64,000 nucleotides of DNA, taken from positions 4,608,001 through 4,672,000 of the forward strand of contig OZ245742.1 in the NCBI GenBank assembly GCA_965227295.1, read 5' to 3'. The stretch is from Leptonemataceae bacterium (GTDB taxonomy: Bacteria > Spirochaetota > Leptospiria > Leptospirales > Leptonemataceae). The translations under genes were made by a program, and so were the position numbers. Positions 40,470-49,921 of the stretch are shown here, in pieces. A model generated the notes under the pieces. That model made no database searches. It had not been told where the DNA came from and saw only the letters and a list, made by a program, of their open reading frames with translations. Positions within the stretch are counted from its first letter, which is position 1; each line of letters opens with the position of its first letter.

Positions 40470-42005
40470 ATGGCCGTTGCCGGTTCTTCCCGCCTCATCT
40501 CCGGACGCGCGGACTACGAAAGCACGCACGCGTACTTCGAAGACCGTCGGGGTTCCTACCACGATTACAAAGATTCCTCCTGGCTGACGGATACGCCCGG
40601 CGGCGAGTACCGCGTTTCTCGCCTGGGCTTCGGTACGTATCGCGTGCAGCGCGGCGTACGTTCGTTCTTCGACGCCCTGCGCGAGGCCCTGCTCGCCGGA
40701 ACCAACGTCATCGACACCGCGGCGAACTATGCCGACGGCGAGGCCGAGTCCCTCGTCGGCGACGTGCTCGCCGAACTCCTGGACGTCGGCCGCATCCGCC
40801 GCGAGCACGTGGTGATCGTCAGCAAGGCCGGTTACATCCAGGGCCGCCTGCTCGATCACTACCGCAAACACACCGAACGATACCACGAGGCCCTGCGCTT
40901 CGGCCCGGATCTGCTGCACTGCATCCAGCCGGAATTCTTAAGCGATGAGATCGACTTCAGCCGGCGGCGCATGCGCCTGGAATCGGTGGACGTCTTTCTT
41001 TTGCACAACCCGGAGTACTTTTTGCGCTACGCCCTCGCCGCCGGCATGAGCGCCGAAGAAGCCCGCACGGAATTCGAACGACGATTGGGCCGCGCCTTCG
41101 CATGCTTGGAGGATCTCGCCGATCGCGGGCGGCTCAGCTACTACGGCATCTCTTCCAACACGTTCGCCGTGCCGGAGGAAACTCCCGACGCCCTGCACCT
41201 GGACCGCGTGCTGGCCCTGGCCGGCCCGCGCTTTCGAGTGATTCAGTTTCCGGCGAATCTCGTCGAGAACGACTTTCGATTTTCACGGCTGTCCGGCGGC
41301 GGCAATCTTTGCGAGCAGGCGCGCGCCGCAAAGCTCTGGACGCTTTCCAATCGTCCGCTGAACGCGATGATGGCCGGCCGTGGTCTGGTACGCCTGGCGC
41401 GCATGGCCCAACCCCCGCCGGACGACGGGGCAAGCACCGTGGCGGAGTTCCAGCGCCTGGCCTCGCGTCTCGAAGAAGTCGAGGCGGAGACCCTGCGCAT
41501 CTTCGGCGATCGTCACTTTCGTTTCGACGAACGCACGCCGTCTCCGGCGGACATCGTACGCCACTATCGCCACGCCTTTTCGAACAAGGAAAGCTTTCGG
41601 CGCAATCGCATCCCGCTTACGGAAGAGATCCAGCGCACGGTGAATCATCTGCGCACGGTGGCCGAACGCGAGGAGGAACGCTACGCCGTGGAGAGCCTGG
41701 TGCGTCTTTCGAATGCGGTCTTCGGCATCTGGGAAAAGTTCGCGGACATGCGGTATCATCATCGCATGGAGTATCTGGAGCAGGCCCTCTCCGGTAGTTC
41801 GCCGGCGCTCCAGGGCCGGCCCCTGGCCCGGCAGGCCGTTTTGTTTTTACTCTGCCGCCCGGAGCCGGCAACGGTCCTGGTCGGTATGCGCAACACGGCC
41901 TACGTCCGCCAGTTGCACGAGATATACGCGGAGGATTTGCCCGGCTCCGAAGAAGCGTTGCCCATCGTCACGGCGGCGGAGCAGGCATTAGAGGAGATGC
42001 CGTAA
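40470..42005 (+). CDS. Aldo/keto reductase with large insertion
   Basis: SRLGFGTYR, NVIDTAANY.DGEAE, VSKAG, FLLHNPE, YGISSN, VLVGMR. Confidence 0.9.
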   Translation: MAVAGSSRLISGRADYESTHAYFEDRRGSYHDYKDSSWLTDTPGGEYRVSRLGFGTYRVQRGVRSFFDALREALLAGTNVIDTAANYADGEAESLVGDVLAELLDVGRIRREHVVIVSKAGYIQGRLLDHYRKHTERYHEALRFGPDLLHCIQPEFLSDEIDFSRRRMRLESVDVFLLHNPEYFLRYALAAGMSAEEARTEFERRLGRAFACLEDLADRGRLSYYGISSNTFAVPEETPDALHLDRVLALAGPRFRVIQFPANLVENDFRFSRLSGGGNLCEQARAAKLWTLSNRPLNAMMAGRGLVRLARMAQPPPDDGASTVAEFQRLASRLEEVEAETLRIFGDRHFRFDERTPSPADIVRHYRHAFSNKESFRRNRIPLTEEIQRTVNHLRTVAEREEERYAVESLVRLSNAVFGIWEKFADMRYHHRMEYLEQALSGSSPALQGRPLARQAVLFLLCRPEPATVLVGMRNTAYVRQLHEIYAEDLPGSEEALPIVTAAEQALEEMP

Positions 42006-42022
42006 TAGCGCCCGAATCGGAG

Positions 42023-42050
42023 TTGTCAGAGAGTGCCCGCCGTGCACAAT
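42023..42050 (+). promoter_or_regulatory. Sigma70-like promoter
   Basis: TTGTCA-16 nt-CACAAT upstream of ATG 42068. Confidence 0.45.
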
Positions 42051-42067
42051 CGCCGCAAGGTACTCCT

Positions 42068-42301
42068 ATGTCACTTACGGCCGATCAGCAGAAGCTCCTG
42101 GAGCTCTACAACAACGCCATGGCGCTCTACAAGCAGCGGAAATGGCAGGACGCCATGGCGGGTTTCAAAGAAGCCCGCAAGCTGGAGGAAGATCCCGAAG
42201 GCATGAGTCCGTCGAAGGTCTACATCGAACGTTGTGAGGCCTACATCAAAGATCCGCCCGGCGACGATTGGGACGGCGTCTTTACCATGAAAACCAAGTA
42301 A
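42068..42301 (+). CDS. Stand-alone TPR-like module resembling the C-terminal tail of class III adenylate cyclases
   Basis: 77 aa: ALYKQRKWQDA..F..PSKVYIERC..PP.DWDGVFTMKTK. Confidence 0.8.
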   Translation: MSLTADQQKLLELYNNAMALYKQRKWQDAMAGFKEARKLEEDPEGMSPSKVYIERCEAYIKDPPGDDWDGVFTMKTK

Positions 42302-42355
42302 TTCGGCGCAGCCCTCCCGTGCGCTGCCGGCACCCCTGACCGGCCTCGTTTCCCT

Positions 42356-42724
42356 ATGGCAAAAAAGAAAGACAGCATCATGCCCGAGATCACGGAAGGC
42401 GGCAGCGTATCCACCGTGCTCGGCAAAGAAACCAGCTTCGAAGGCGTACTGGAGTTCAAGAAACCCCTCCAGATCAACGGTGCCTTCGAGGGCGAGATCA
42501 TAACCGAGGGCGTCCTGCTCATCGGCGAAACGGCGACGGTTAAGGCGAACATCAAAGCCGGCACCGTGGTCGTCGGCGGTCAGGTCTACGGCAACATCGA
42601 AGCCCGCAATCGTCTGGAGATGCTCGAATCGGGGCGGGTGCACGGCAACATCAAGACGGCGAAGCTGCAAATTGCCGACGGCGTGGTCTTCGACGGCAAC
42701 TGTGAAATGATCGATCCGTCGTAA
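42356..42724 (+). CDS. Bactofilin (polymer-forming cytoskeletal protein)
   Basis: TVLGKETSFEG..LQINGAFEGEI..VYGNIEA..HGNIKTAKLQIADGVVFDGNC beta-helix repeats. Confidence 0.95.
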   Translation: MAKKKDSIMPEITEGGSVSTVLGKETSFEGVLEFKKPLQINGAFEGEIITEGVLLIGETATVKANIKAGTVVVGGQVYGNIEARNRLEMLESGRVHGNIKTAKLQIADGVVFDGNCEMIDPS

Positions 42725-42735
42725 GCGCGGCGGAC

Positions 42736-44424
42736 TCAGCCCTTGCCGGGCGCGATCTTTTTCTTCGACGTTTTCTTCGAAGCGGTCTTTGCAGCCGATT
42801 TCTTTGCGGATTTCTTTGCCGGCTTCTTCGCGGCTTTCTTTTTCGAAGCTGATTTCTTCTGCGCCGATTTCCCCGCCGCTTTCTTTTTCGCGGCCGTTTT
42901 CTTCTTCGGAGCAGTCACCTTCTTCTTCACCGGCGCCCCGGGCTGCATGCGTTCGTCCGTTTCTTCCGGCGCATAATCGTCGCTCCCGTCTTCCGGAATC
43001 AATGCGAGCTGCTCATCCGCCCCTGTATCGACCGACTCCGGCGGGGCTTCGGGAACGGGGATGACTTTTTCGTCGACGGCCTCTTGCGCATCGGCGCGAT
43101 CCATTCGATCCGCCGGCTCGTCCCGCACGGTCTCAACGCCGTCCGTGCTCGCATCCGCATCCGCATCCGCATCCGCATCCGCATCCTGCGCATCCTGTTC
43201 ATCGTTCGCATCTTCCGAACGCGGCTCCAGGATCTCCACGAACGCGCGATGATAGACCGCCGCCGTGCGATCCCAGTTCCAGTCTTCCGCGGGAAACTCC
43301 ACCCGCGGCCCCGGACGCGGTTTGCGAGCGGCACTCGCGGCGAGGCTGTCCTCGGTGAACTCTTCGAGAGCCCGCGCCCACTCTAAGGTTTCACGCGGAG
43401 AAATGTAGCGCACGGCATCGCCGCCGATCTCGTGAAAGCACGGAATGTCCGACGCGACGGCCCGGCGGCCGTGGCACAACGCTTCGAGCAACGGCAGGCC
43501 AAAGCCTTCGTACAACGAAGGCATCACAAAGAACGCGCAACTGCGATACAGTTCGTTTAAGTGGCGATCCGAAAGCGACTCCAGGTTGTAGATCTTACCG
43601 CTCTCACGCTGATAATCCTTTAAACGATCGTAAAACTCGTCGCTTTCCCAACCGCGGCGCCCGGCAATCACCAACGGCAAAGCCCTTAGCTGCATGCGGC
43701 GATAGTAACGAATGTATGCGTCGATCAACGTACCGTAGTTCTTACGCGGTTCAATGGTCGACACCGCCAGGATGTAGTTTTCGTTCGGACGAAAGCCCAG
43801 ACGCATGGCGATCTCGCCGTGCAGTTGTTCGCGTTCCGCGCGATCCGGCACCGGCGGTATGTCGTAGCCGAGTAAGGCGACCCCGGCCTGCTCTTGCGGA
43901 TAGTCGAATTGTTGGACCATGTCGTCCCGGGTCTGCGTGGAAATCCCGAAGATGCGTTCCGCGCGGCGCACGCTCATTTGCATGACGGCGCGCTGTTGCA
44001 TGCGCGCCAGGGAACGCATGGTCTCCGGATAAAAGTACAACACAAGATCGTAGGCTGTAAGTACCGAAGGAATTTCGCGCGGCATGCCAGGCGGTGTTAC
44101 CTGCTGCGAACCCCAGAAAAGGTCCACGGGTTCCCGGCGTAAAAGAAACGGCAGGGAGATGTTAAACCAGAGGCCCGCCCGACCGGCAGTCCAGCCCTCG
44201 CCCTGAACCCATTCCATGTTGGGAAGGTCGAGGAGATCGCGGAAGTCCGCGTGTACCGGACGGCTCGCGTAAAGTACGAAGTGAAAGCGTTCCGGTTCCG
44301 GGAAGTGTCGCAGCACGCTGGAGATAACCCGGGCCACGCCGGACATGGGAGAAGTAAGCGGACGCGCGTCTACGCCGATGCGATAGACTCCTGACGTTGT
44401 GGCATCGTCCCGGGCTTGCTCCAT
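42736..44424 (-). CDS. GT4 glycosyltransferase with acidic and histone H1-like C-terminal extension
   Basis: RIGVDARPL..SGV, STIEPRKN, PSLYEGFGLPLLEA, EIGGDA; start ATG 44424 chosen (ORF open to 44460). Confidence 0.9.
   Translation of the reverse strand: MEQARDDATTSGVYRIGVDARPLTSPMSGVARVISSVLRHFPEPERFHFVLYASRPVHADFRDLLDLPNMEWVQGEGWTAGRAGLWFNISLPFLLRREPVDLFWGSQQVTPPGMPREIPSVLTAYDLVLYFYPETMRSLARMQQRAVMQMSVRRAERIFGISTQTRDDMVQQFDYPQEQAGVALLGYDIPPVPDRAEREQLHGEIAMRLGFRPNENYILAVSTIEPRKNYGTLIDAYIRYYRRMQLRALPLVIAGRRGWESDEFYDRLKDYQRESGKIYNLESLSDRHLNELYRSCAFFVMPSLYEGFGLPLLEALCHGRRAVASDIPCFHEIGGDAVRYISPRETLEWARALEEFTEDSLAASAARKPRPGPRVEFPAEDWNWDRTAAVYHRAFVEILEPRSEDANDEQDAQDADADADADADASTDGVETVRDEPADRMDRADAQEAVDEKVIPVPEAPPESVDTGADEQLALIPEDGSDDYAPEETDERMQPGAPVKKKVTAPKKKTAAKKKAAGKSAQKKSASKKKAAKKPAKKSAKKSAAKTASKKTSKKKIAPGKG
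43151..43186. repeat. (GCATCC)x6 in-frame hexamer repeat encoding (DA)n
   Basis: Six perfect tandem copies read directly. Confidence 0.95.
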
Positions 44425-44470
44425 CCAGCACCAGCATTTTGGTGCCGGATGCGAAGGCAAGCGGAATCGC

Positions 44471-44707
44471 TCAACGGTGCGGTCGGGGGGCGCGCGGTTG
44501 CTGCAACCGCGCAGGGAAGAGTGACGTTACCGAGTGTTTGTACACCAGGGTGCGGTTCCGGTCCGTCTCGATGAGGATGGTGAACGTATCGTGGGCGAGC
44601 ACCCGGCCCTTGATGTGCACACCGTTCTTGAGATAGACGGTGACGTTCTTCATCTTCTGTACCGAATGGTCGAGAAGACGGTCCTGGTAAAGGCGCGAGG
44701 ACGACAT
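44471..44707 (-). CDS. hfq: Hfq-family RNA chaperone (divergent)
   Basis: QD, VTVYLKNG..KG....D.FTIL (Sm1), LVYKHSVTSLFP (Sm2); ATG 44707. Confidence 0.85.
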   Translation of the reverse strand: MSSSRLYQDRLLDHSVQKMKNVTVYLKNGVHIKGRVLAHDTFTILIETDRNRTLVYKHSVTSLFPARLQQPRAPRPHR

Positions 44708-44750
44708 CTCGTTCAAGAGACGACGCGAGCGGATGGGCGCCAATTACTTT

Positions 44751-45620
44751 TCAATCGTAACTGTAGCGCAACCGCAGTTTTTTCTCGCGAACGTAACGCT
44801 GGAGCTGCTCCACGAGAACGGCCGGCCCCGCGGCGAGGCCGATGCTGCGGGGCTCTGCGCAATTATATCTCTGCGGCGTACCCGTTTCCAGTTCCACGAT
44901 GGTGCCGTTCGGTCGGCCGAGGACCAGGGCCGCCCCGCCGCAGATGTCCCACTCGTTCTTCGGATACAGCGAAAGCACGCCGTCCGCCCGGCCCGCGGCC
45001 AACAGCGCCAGCTTGCGCGCGATGGAGCCGGTGGGTTCCCAGTGCAGATCATTCACCACGCTCTCGTAGGACTTACGCTTCCACTCGGTCCGGCTGACCA
45101 GAATCTTCGCCCGACGCAGATCATCGCATGCGTACACCGTTTCACCGAGTCGTGTTTCGCGAAACGATCCCTCGTCGTCGTAGGTCCAGAGCGAAAGGCC
45201 GAGGTCCGGGCCGCCGACCAGAATCTCGCGGTTGACCGGCAAGGCCACGCAGCCGAGTACCGGCCGGCCGTTTCTGGCGAGCCCCGCCGAGATCGAGTAA
45301 CCGCCGGTGCGTTCTACGAACTCCCGCGTCCCGTCAATGGGATCGACGATCCAGACGCTTTCGCATTGCAATCGATTGTGCGGCGAGTCTCCGGAAGTGT
45401 CGTCCACGGATTCTTCCGACAGCCAGCCGGCGGCCGCGTCGATGCGCCCGAGTTCTTCCTGTAAGATTTGATTCGCCTTCAGGTCGGCGGTGGTAACAGG
45501 GGTGTGATCCGCTTTCGTTTCGACGTCGAAGCTGCGATCTTCGTACAATGCCTGCACGGCCACCGCCGCACGATGTACAGCATCGCGCAGCGGAATCAGA
45601 TACGAAGCAAGATCAGGCAG
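44751..45620 (-). CDS. cysQ: 3'(2'),5'-bisphosphate nucleotidase / inositol monophosphatase family
   Basis: KADHTPVTTAD, LSEE, WIVDPIDGTREF, EWDICGG; start probably CTG 45620 (first canonical start GTG 45563). Confidence 0.88.
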   Translation of the reverse strand: MPDLASYLIPLRDAVHRAAVAVQALYEDRSFDVETKADHTPVTTADLKANQILQEELGRIDAAAGWLSEESVDDTSGDSPHNRLQCESVWIVDPIDGTREFVERTGGYSISAGLARNGRPVLGCVALPVNREILVGGPDLGLSLWTYDDEGSFRETRLGETVYACDDLRRAKILVSRTEWKRKSYESVVNDLHWEPTGSIARKLALLAAGRADGVLSLYPKNEWDICGGAALVLGRPNGTIVELETGTPQRYNCAEPRSIGLAAGPAVLVEQLQRYVREKKLRLRYSYD

Positions 45621-45641
45621 CGTGAAAGACTCCGGTGAAAA

Positions 45642-46124
45642 TCAAGGGGTCGGCTGTTCTTCTTCGCTTTCGTGCTCGGGCTGACCTTCGCTGATGATCA
45701 AGAACTTTTCGTAAGCCGGCGCCTGAATGTAAATCTCGGGATCGCGAATGAAGTCGAAACGTACGATGTAGTTGTCGTACTTCACGTAATAGACGAGTTC
45801 CGAGGTGGGGTTCTCGTACTGGAAGGTTTCCGGCGAAAGATTTTCGAGGATCTGGGTCTTCTTCCTGTGGAAGCGCCGGCTGATGGCCAGGGTGAGCGCG
45901 CGCTGCAGGTTTTCTTCAAGGGTGCGCTTGCGGGCTTCCGGGGTTTTCTGGCGGCTGCGAATGGCCTCTTCCACTTTGCGAAACTCGGCCATAATGCCCT
46001 CGGCCCGACCGGCATAGACATCTTGCGGGAGTGCAAAGAGAATCGCCAGCGAGAGCGCCGGAACGAGCCGGAGCGCGCGCCGGCCTGAGGAAATCGCAAT
46101 CGAAGAAATGACGTTGTGGTTCAT
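45642..46124 (-). CDS. Exported hypothetical protein
   Basis: Signal peptide ending VYA; NPTSELVYYVKY..RFDF.RDPE segment. Confidence 0.7.
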   Translation of the reverse strand: MNHNVISSIAISSGRRALRLVPALSLAILFALPQDVYAGRAEGIMAEFRKVEEAIRSRQKTPEARKRTLEENLQRALTLAISRRFHRKKTQILENLSPETFQYENPTSELVYYVKYDNYIVRFDFIRDPEIYIQAPAYEKFLIISEGQPEHESEEEQPTP

Positions 46125-46252
46125 GTAAAAGGACTCCGCGGGTACTCTTCCAATGATTCGGCAATCGGGAGCTCAATGTTGAGCCGCACGACGCCGGAAT
46201 TCTCGGTCGAATCGCTCGAAAAACGAGCGCTCGAGCGCTCCACCGTTACGAC

Positions 46253-48568
46253 TCAAAGTCGTTCCAGCGGCGTGTATATAGCCAGAAACTTACGCTCCCG
46301 GGCCTCCCGGTCAAACAGAATCGTGAGCTTCTGGCCGGTGGGCGTATCCGCCACGGCCGTCACGACTCCGTCCCCGTACTTCGCATGACGCAGGCGTTCG
46401 TTCACGGCATAGGTTTCGTCGCCGCTCTGCTGCGCCGGGGAACGCTGCCACTGGAGCCGGCCGCTGCCGAGCGATGCGCGCGGAGTCCCGAAGCTCGAAC
46501 CACTGCCGAAGCCGCCGTCGTAGCCGTCCCGGTCGAGGGCCGTGGGATCGATCTCCTGGAGAAAGCGTGAAGGCAAACGATCCTGGTACCCGCCGTGGAC
46601 CCGCCGCCGCCGGGCCCCGCTGAGAAAGAGGCGCTCCCGGGCCCGGGTAACGCCCACATAGACCAGGCGCCGCTCCTCTTCGATGTTGCCCTCATCCAGC
46701 GAAAGCGAATGCGGCAGATAACCTTCTTCAAGTCCGCTCAGGTACACCACCGAGAACTCCAATCCCTTCGCGTTGTGCAGGGTCATGAGATAGACGAAGG
46801 CCGTTTCGGACTCCGGATTGCCGACACCGCTTTCGGTATCGCTGGTGTAGAGAGAAATGCGCTGGATGTAGTCGGCGAGGTTCGGCCGCGCCGGGCCCTG
46901 CTGCTTCGCCGTGTCCGGATCGAAGTGATCGGGATCCACCCCGGGATCGTAGGCGGAGAGTTCGCGTTCGTCGAATTCCTCTTCGTATTGTTCCAGCGAG
47001 GCGATGAATTCCTCGAGGTTTTCCAGGCGACCGGGCGCGTCGGGATTCGGATCGTTCTCGAGCATGGCCAGATAACCGGTCTCCTCCAGGATGCGCGTGG
47101 CGATGATGGACGGCAGTTCCCCGTTCTCGTTCAACGCACGCCACCCGGCAAATAGGTCGTGCAGGTGCTCCATCTTTTTCGCCGCGCGGAAGTTCGGGAT
47201 CTCCCCCGCCCGGGGCAGCGCGTCCATCAACGGCAGACCCTCGGCGCGCGCGACGTTGCGCAGGCGTTCCAGGCCGGTATCCCCGACGCCGCGCGCCGGC
47301 ATGTTGATGATGCGTTCCAGGCTGAGATCGTCCGCCCGGTTGACGACGACGTTTAAGTACGCGAGCAGGTCTTTGATTTCTTTGCGCTCATAAAACCGTA
47401 GCGCACCGACGAGCACGTAGTCGATGTCGTTCTCGCGTAAGATCTTTTCAAAGATGCGCGACTGGGCGTTCGTCCGATAAAAGACCGCCATGTCGTTCAG
47501 TTTGTAACCCTGGGACTTCATGGAACGAATGCGCGAGACGATGCTCCGCGCTTCCTCGGTATCGTCGTCGTAAACGGAGTACTTCACGAGGTCGCCCTCG
47601 TCGCCCTTGCTGCTGAACAGCGTCTTCTCCCGGCGCTCCTCGTTGTTTTGAATCAACGACGCGGCCGCGCGTAGAATCAGCGGCGTGCTGCGATAGTTCT
47701 CTTCGAGTCGCAGGATTTTTGCTTCGGGATAGTCCTGTTCGAAGCTCAGTATGTTCGAGATGTCCGCGCCGCGCCAGGAGTAGATGGACTGGTCGTCGTC
47801 ACCGACGACCATGATGTTCCGATGTTCCGCAGCGATCAGACGTCCGAGCAGGTACTGCACGTGATTCGTGTCCTGGTATTCGTCGATCATGAAGTGACGC
47901 CACAGCGCGCGGTACTCGTCGAGCACGTCCGGGTGTTCTTGAAAGATGCGCACGGTTTCGTATTGCAGATCACCGAAGTCCACGGCGTTGGATTCCCGCA
48001 GGCGTTTCACGTACTCCACGAAAACGTCGCCGATGATAGACCCGTAAAAATCGTTAGCGTGTTGTTCGCGATAGCGTTCCGGTGAGATGTACGCGTCGCG
48101 CGCGCGGTTGATCTCCGCGGAGACACTCTGCACGGCGAGCTGCTTCGGGTCGATGCCCCGCTCTTTCAGGATGCGCTTGAGCAACGACGTCTGCCCCTGC
48201 TGGTCCGCAATCGTAAAGCCGGACTTCAGGCCGATGCGATCACCGTGGCGCGACAGCACGTAGAGACCCAGGGAGTGAAACGTGCGCACGAAAACGTTCT
48301 GCGCCATCGGTCCCATCAACGTTTCCAGGCGTTCGCGCATTTCCCCGGCGGCCTTGTTCGTAAACGTTACGGCGGCGATCTTCCAGGGAAACACGTCGCG
48401 AATCCGCGCGAGATACGCGATGCGATGGGTGATGACCCGCGTCTTCCCGGAACCGGCGCCGGCAACGATGAGCAGCGGCCCGTCGTCGTGCAACACGGCC
48501 TCCCGCTGGACGTCGTTGAGCTTGCCGACCAGTTCAGCTTCGATGCGTTCTTTCAGTGCAGAGGACAT
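46253..48568 (-). CDS. uvrD: UvrD/PcrA SF1 DNA helicase
   Basis: AGAGSGKT, VTFTNKAA, DEYQDTN, GDDDQSIYSWRG, LMTLHNAKGLEF, EERRLVYVGVTRA. Confidence 0.97.
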   Translation of the reverse strand: MSSALKERIEAELVGKLNDVQREAVLHDDGPLLIVAGAGSGKTRVITHRIAYLARIRDVFPWKIAAVTFTNKAAGEMRERLETLMGPMAQNVFVRTFHSLGLYVLSRHGDRIGLKSGFTIADQQGQTSLLKRILKERGIDPKQLAVQSVSAEINRARDAYISPERYREQHANDFYGSIIGDVFVEYVKRLRESNAVDFGDLQYETVRIFQEHPDVLDEYRALWRHFMIDEYQDTNHVQYLLGRLIAAEHRNIMVVGDDDQSIYSWRGADISNILSFEQDYPEAKILRLEENYRSTPLILRAAASLIQNNEERREKTLFSSKGDEGDLVKYSVYDDDTEEARSIVSRIRSMKSQGYKLNDMAVFYRTNAQSRIFEKILRENDIDYVLVGALRFYERKEIKDLLAYLNVVVNRADDLSLERIINMPARGVGDTGLERLRNVARAEGLPLMDALPRAGEIPNFRAAKKMEHLHDLFAGWRALNENGELPSIIATRILEETGYLAMLENDPNPDAPGRLENLEEFIASLEQYEEEFDERELSAYDPGVDPDHFDPDTAKQQGPARPNLADYIQRISLYTSDTESGVGNPESETAFVYLMTLHNAKGLEFSVVYLSGLEEGYLPHSLSLDEGNIEEERRLVYVGVTRARERLFLSGARRRRVHGGYQDRLPSRFLQEIDPTALDRDGYDGGFGSGSSFGTPRASLGSGRLQWQRSPAQQSGDETYAVNERLRHAKYGDGVVTAVADTPTGQKLTILFDREARERKFLAIYTPLERL

Positions 48569-48614
48569 AATACCAGATACACAGCCGTGCGCTTCCCGGG
48601 TAACGGAAAAACAC

Positions 48615-49886
48615 TCAGGAATTCATGCGGCGCATTTCGAGGAGGTCGTCACCCAGATCGTAGCGCGCACAGGATGTGGTACGACTCTCGAAGAAGTCCG
48701 GCAATCGCACCCGCTCCTCTTCCGGTAACGCGGCCGCGTCCGGGGCCAGATCGGCCAGGGTGCGGCGGGACCGCAGCACGTAGATCCGATCTTCCCCGGT
48801 GAGCCCCTGCTGTAAAGCATGGAACAGACCCGCCCCGCCCTCGACCAGGACCTCGTTCCATCCCTGGACGGCCAGAAAGCGTCGAAACGCGGCCGCAAAG
48901 CCCGCATCTTCGAGGTCGGGCAGGCGATCCACCGGTTGCGGCAAGCCCGGCGATTCCGCATGTCCCGGCAACGCCCCGCAGATGGCTTCCCGTCCCGTCG
49001 CGACGGCCAGGTCCGCTTGTTTTTGTAGGAACTCCGACAATTCTTCAAAGTGCCGGCCGCAGAGAAAGACGCGGGCTGGTTGGTACGATCGAGGATTCGC
49101 GAGCAGAGCCGCCTCGACGGTCTCCCGGGAAAGCAACAGGCCGTCCCAGAACGGGTCCGCCCCGTCGATCTTGCGCATGGTTAGAGTTCCTACCAGTCCC
49201 GCCTCGAAGCGCAGTTCCAGGCCGGGCCGGTCCGCCGCGATCGTCCGCGGGCCGACAACAACGGCATCGAGTTTCGCGCGGAGAATCATCCCCACACGCA
49301 GACCGGCCGGCGATGAGATCCGCAACCGGCGTCGGCGGAGACCGATGTAACCATCCGCCGTGACGGCGACTTTTAAATGCAGGCGCGGGCCGCGGCCCAC
49401 AATGCGATCCAGAAAACCCCGCAGGAAAAATGCGGCGTCCCCGATCGGCGACGGGCCGAGGGCAACGCGACGCCCCGCTTCCCGGAGCAGGCTGGCCCCG
49501 CTCTTCGAAAGCGCGGGGTCCGCCGCGAACACCCGCAGGCGTTTCAACTGCGGATACTGTAAGATGCGATCACTGCACGGCGGTGTGCGGCCGTGATGCG
49601 AACAGGGCTCGAGGGTTACGAACATGCGCGGCACGCGCGCGCTGGAATTTTCGGCGAGTGCATCGAAATGATCGAGGGCAACGATCTCCGCGTGTCTTGA
49701 GCCGGGAGGTTCCGTGGCGCCGGAGATCAGCGCAACATCGGCCCCATCGGACCGCACAACCAGGAGCACCGCAGCGACCGGAGGATTCGGAGCGGTGCGG
49801 CCGAACGCGATCAGGGATGCGGCCACTAGTTCGTCGTGCACGTCGCGCCGCAGACTACGTAGAGACTGCAAACGTCCCGCAGACAT
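48615..49886 (-). CDS. ribD: Riboflavin biosynthesis deaminase/reductase
   Basis: PNPPVAA, HAE, VTLEPCSHHGRTPPC, LKVAVTADG, LVEGG. Confidence 0.9.
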   Translation of the reverse strand: MSAGRLQSLRSLRRDVHDELVAASLIAFGRTAPNPPVAAVLLVVRSDGADVALISGATEPPGSRHAEIVALDHFDALAENSSARVPRMFVTLEPCSHHGRTPPCSDRILQYPQLKRLRVFAADPALSKSGASLLREAGRRVALGPSPIGDAAFFLRGFLDRIVGRGPRLHLKVAVTADGYIGLRRRRLRISSPAGLRVGMILRAKLDAVVVGPRTIAADRPGLELRFEAGLVGTLTMRKIDGADPFWDGLLLSRETVEAALLANPRSYQPARVFLCGRHFEELSEFLQKQADLAVATGREAICGALPGHAESPGLPQPVDRLPDLEDAGFAAAFRRFLAVQGWNEVLVEGGAGLFHALQQGLTGEDRIYVLRSRRTLADLAPDAAALPEEERVRLPDFFESRTTSCARYDLGDDLLEMRRMNS

Positions 49887-49921
49887 ACACGAGGCTCCGC
49901 AGTGTCCCGCGCGACCGGCGC

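Noticed and set aside
45620..45644. TGA read-through fusing the 45642-46124 gene to cysQ (same frame, single stop)
   Set aside because: The upstream protein is exported and CysQ is cytoplasmic; an SD plus CTG start explains it more simply; in-frame neighbours arise by chance one time in three
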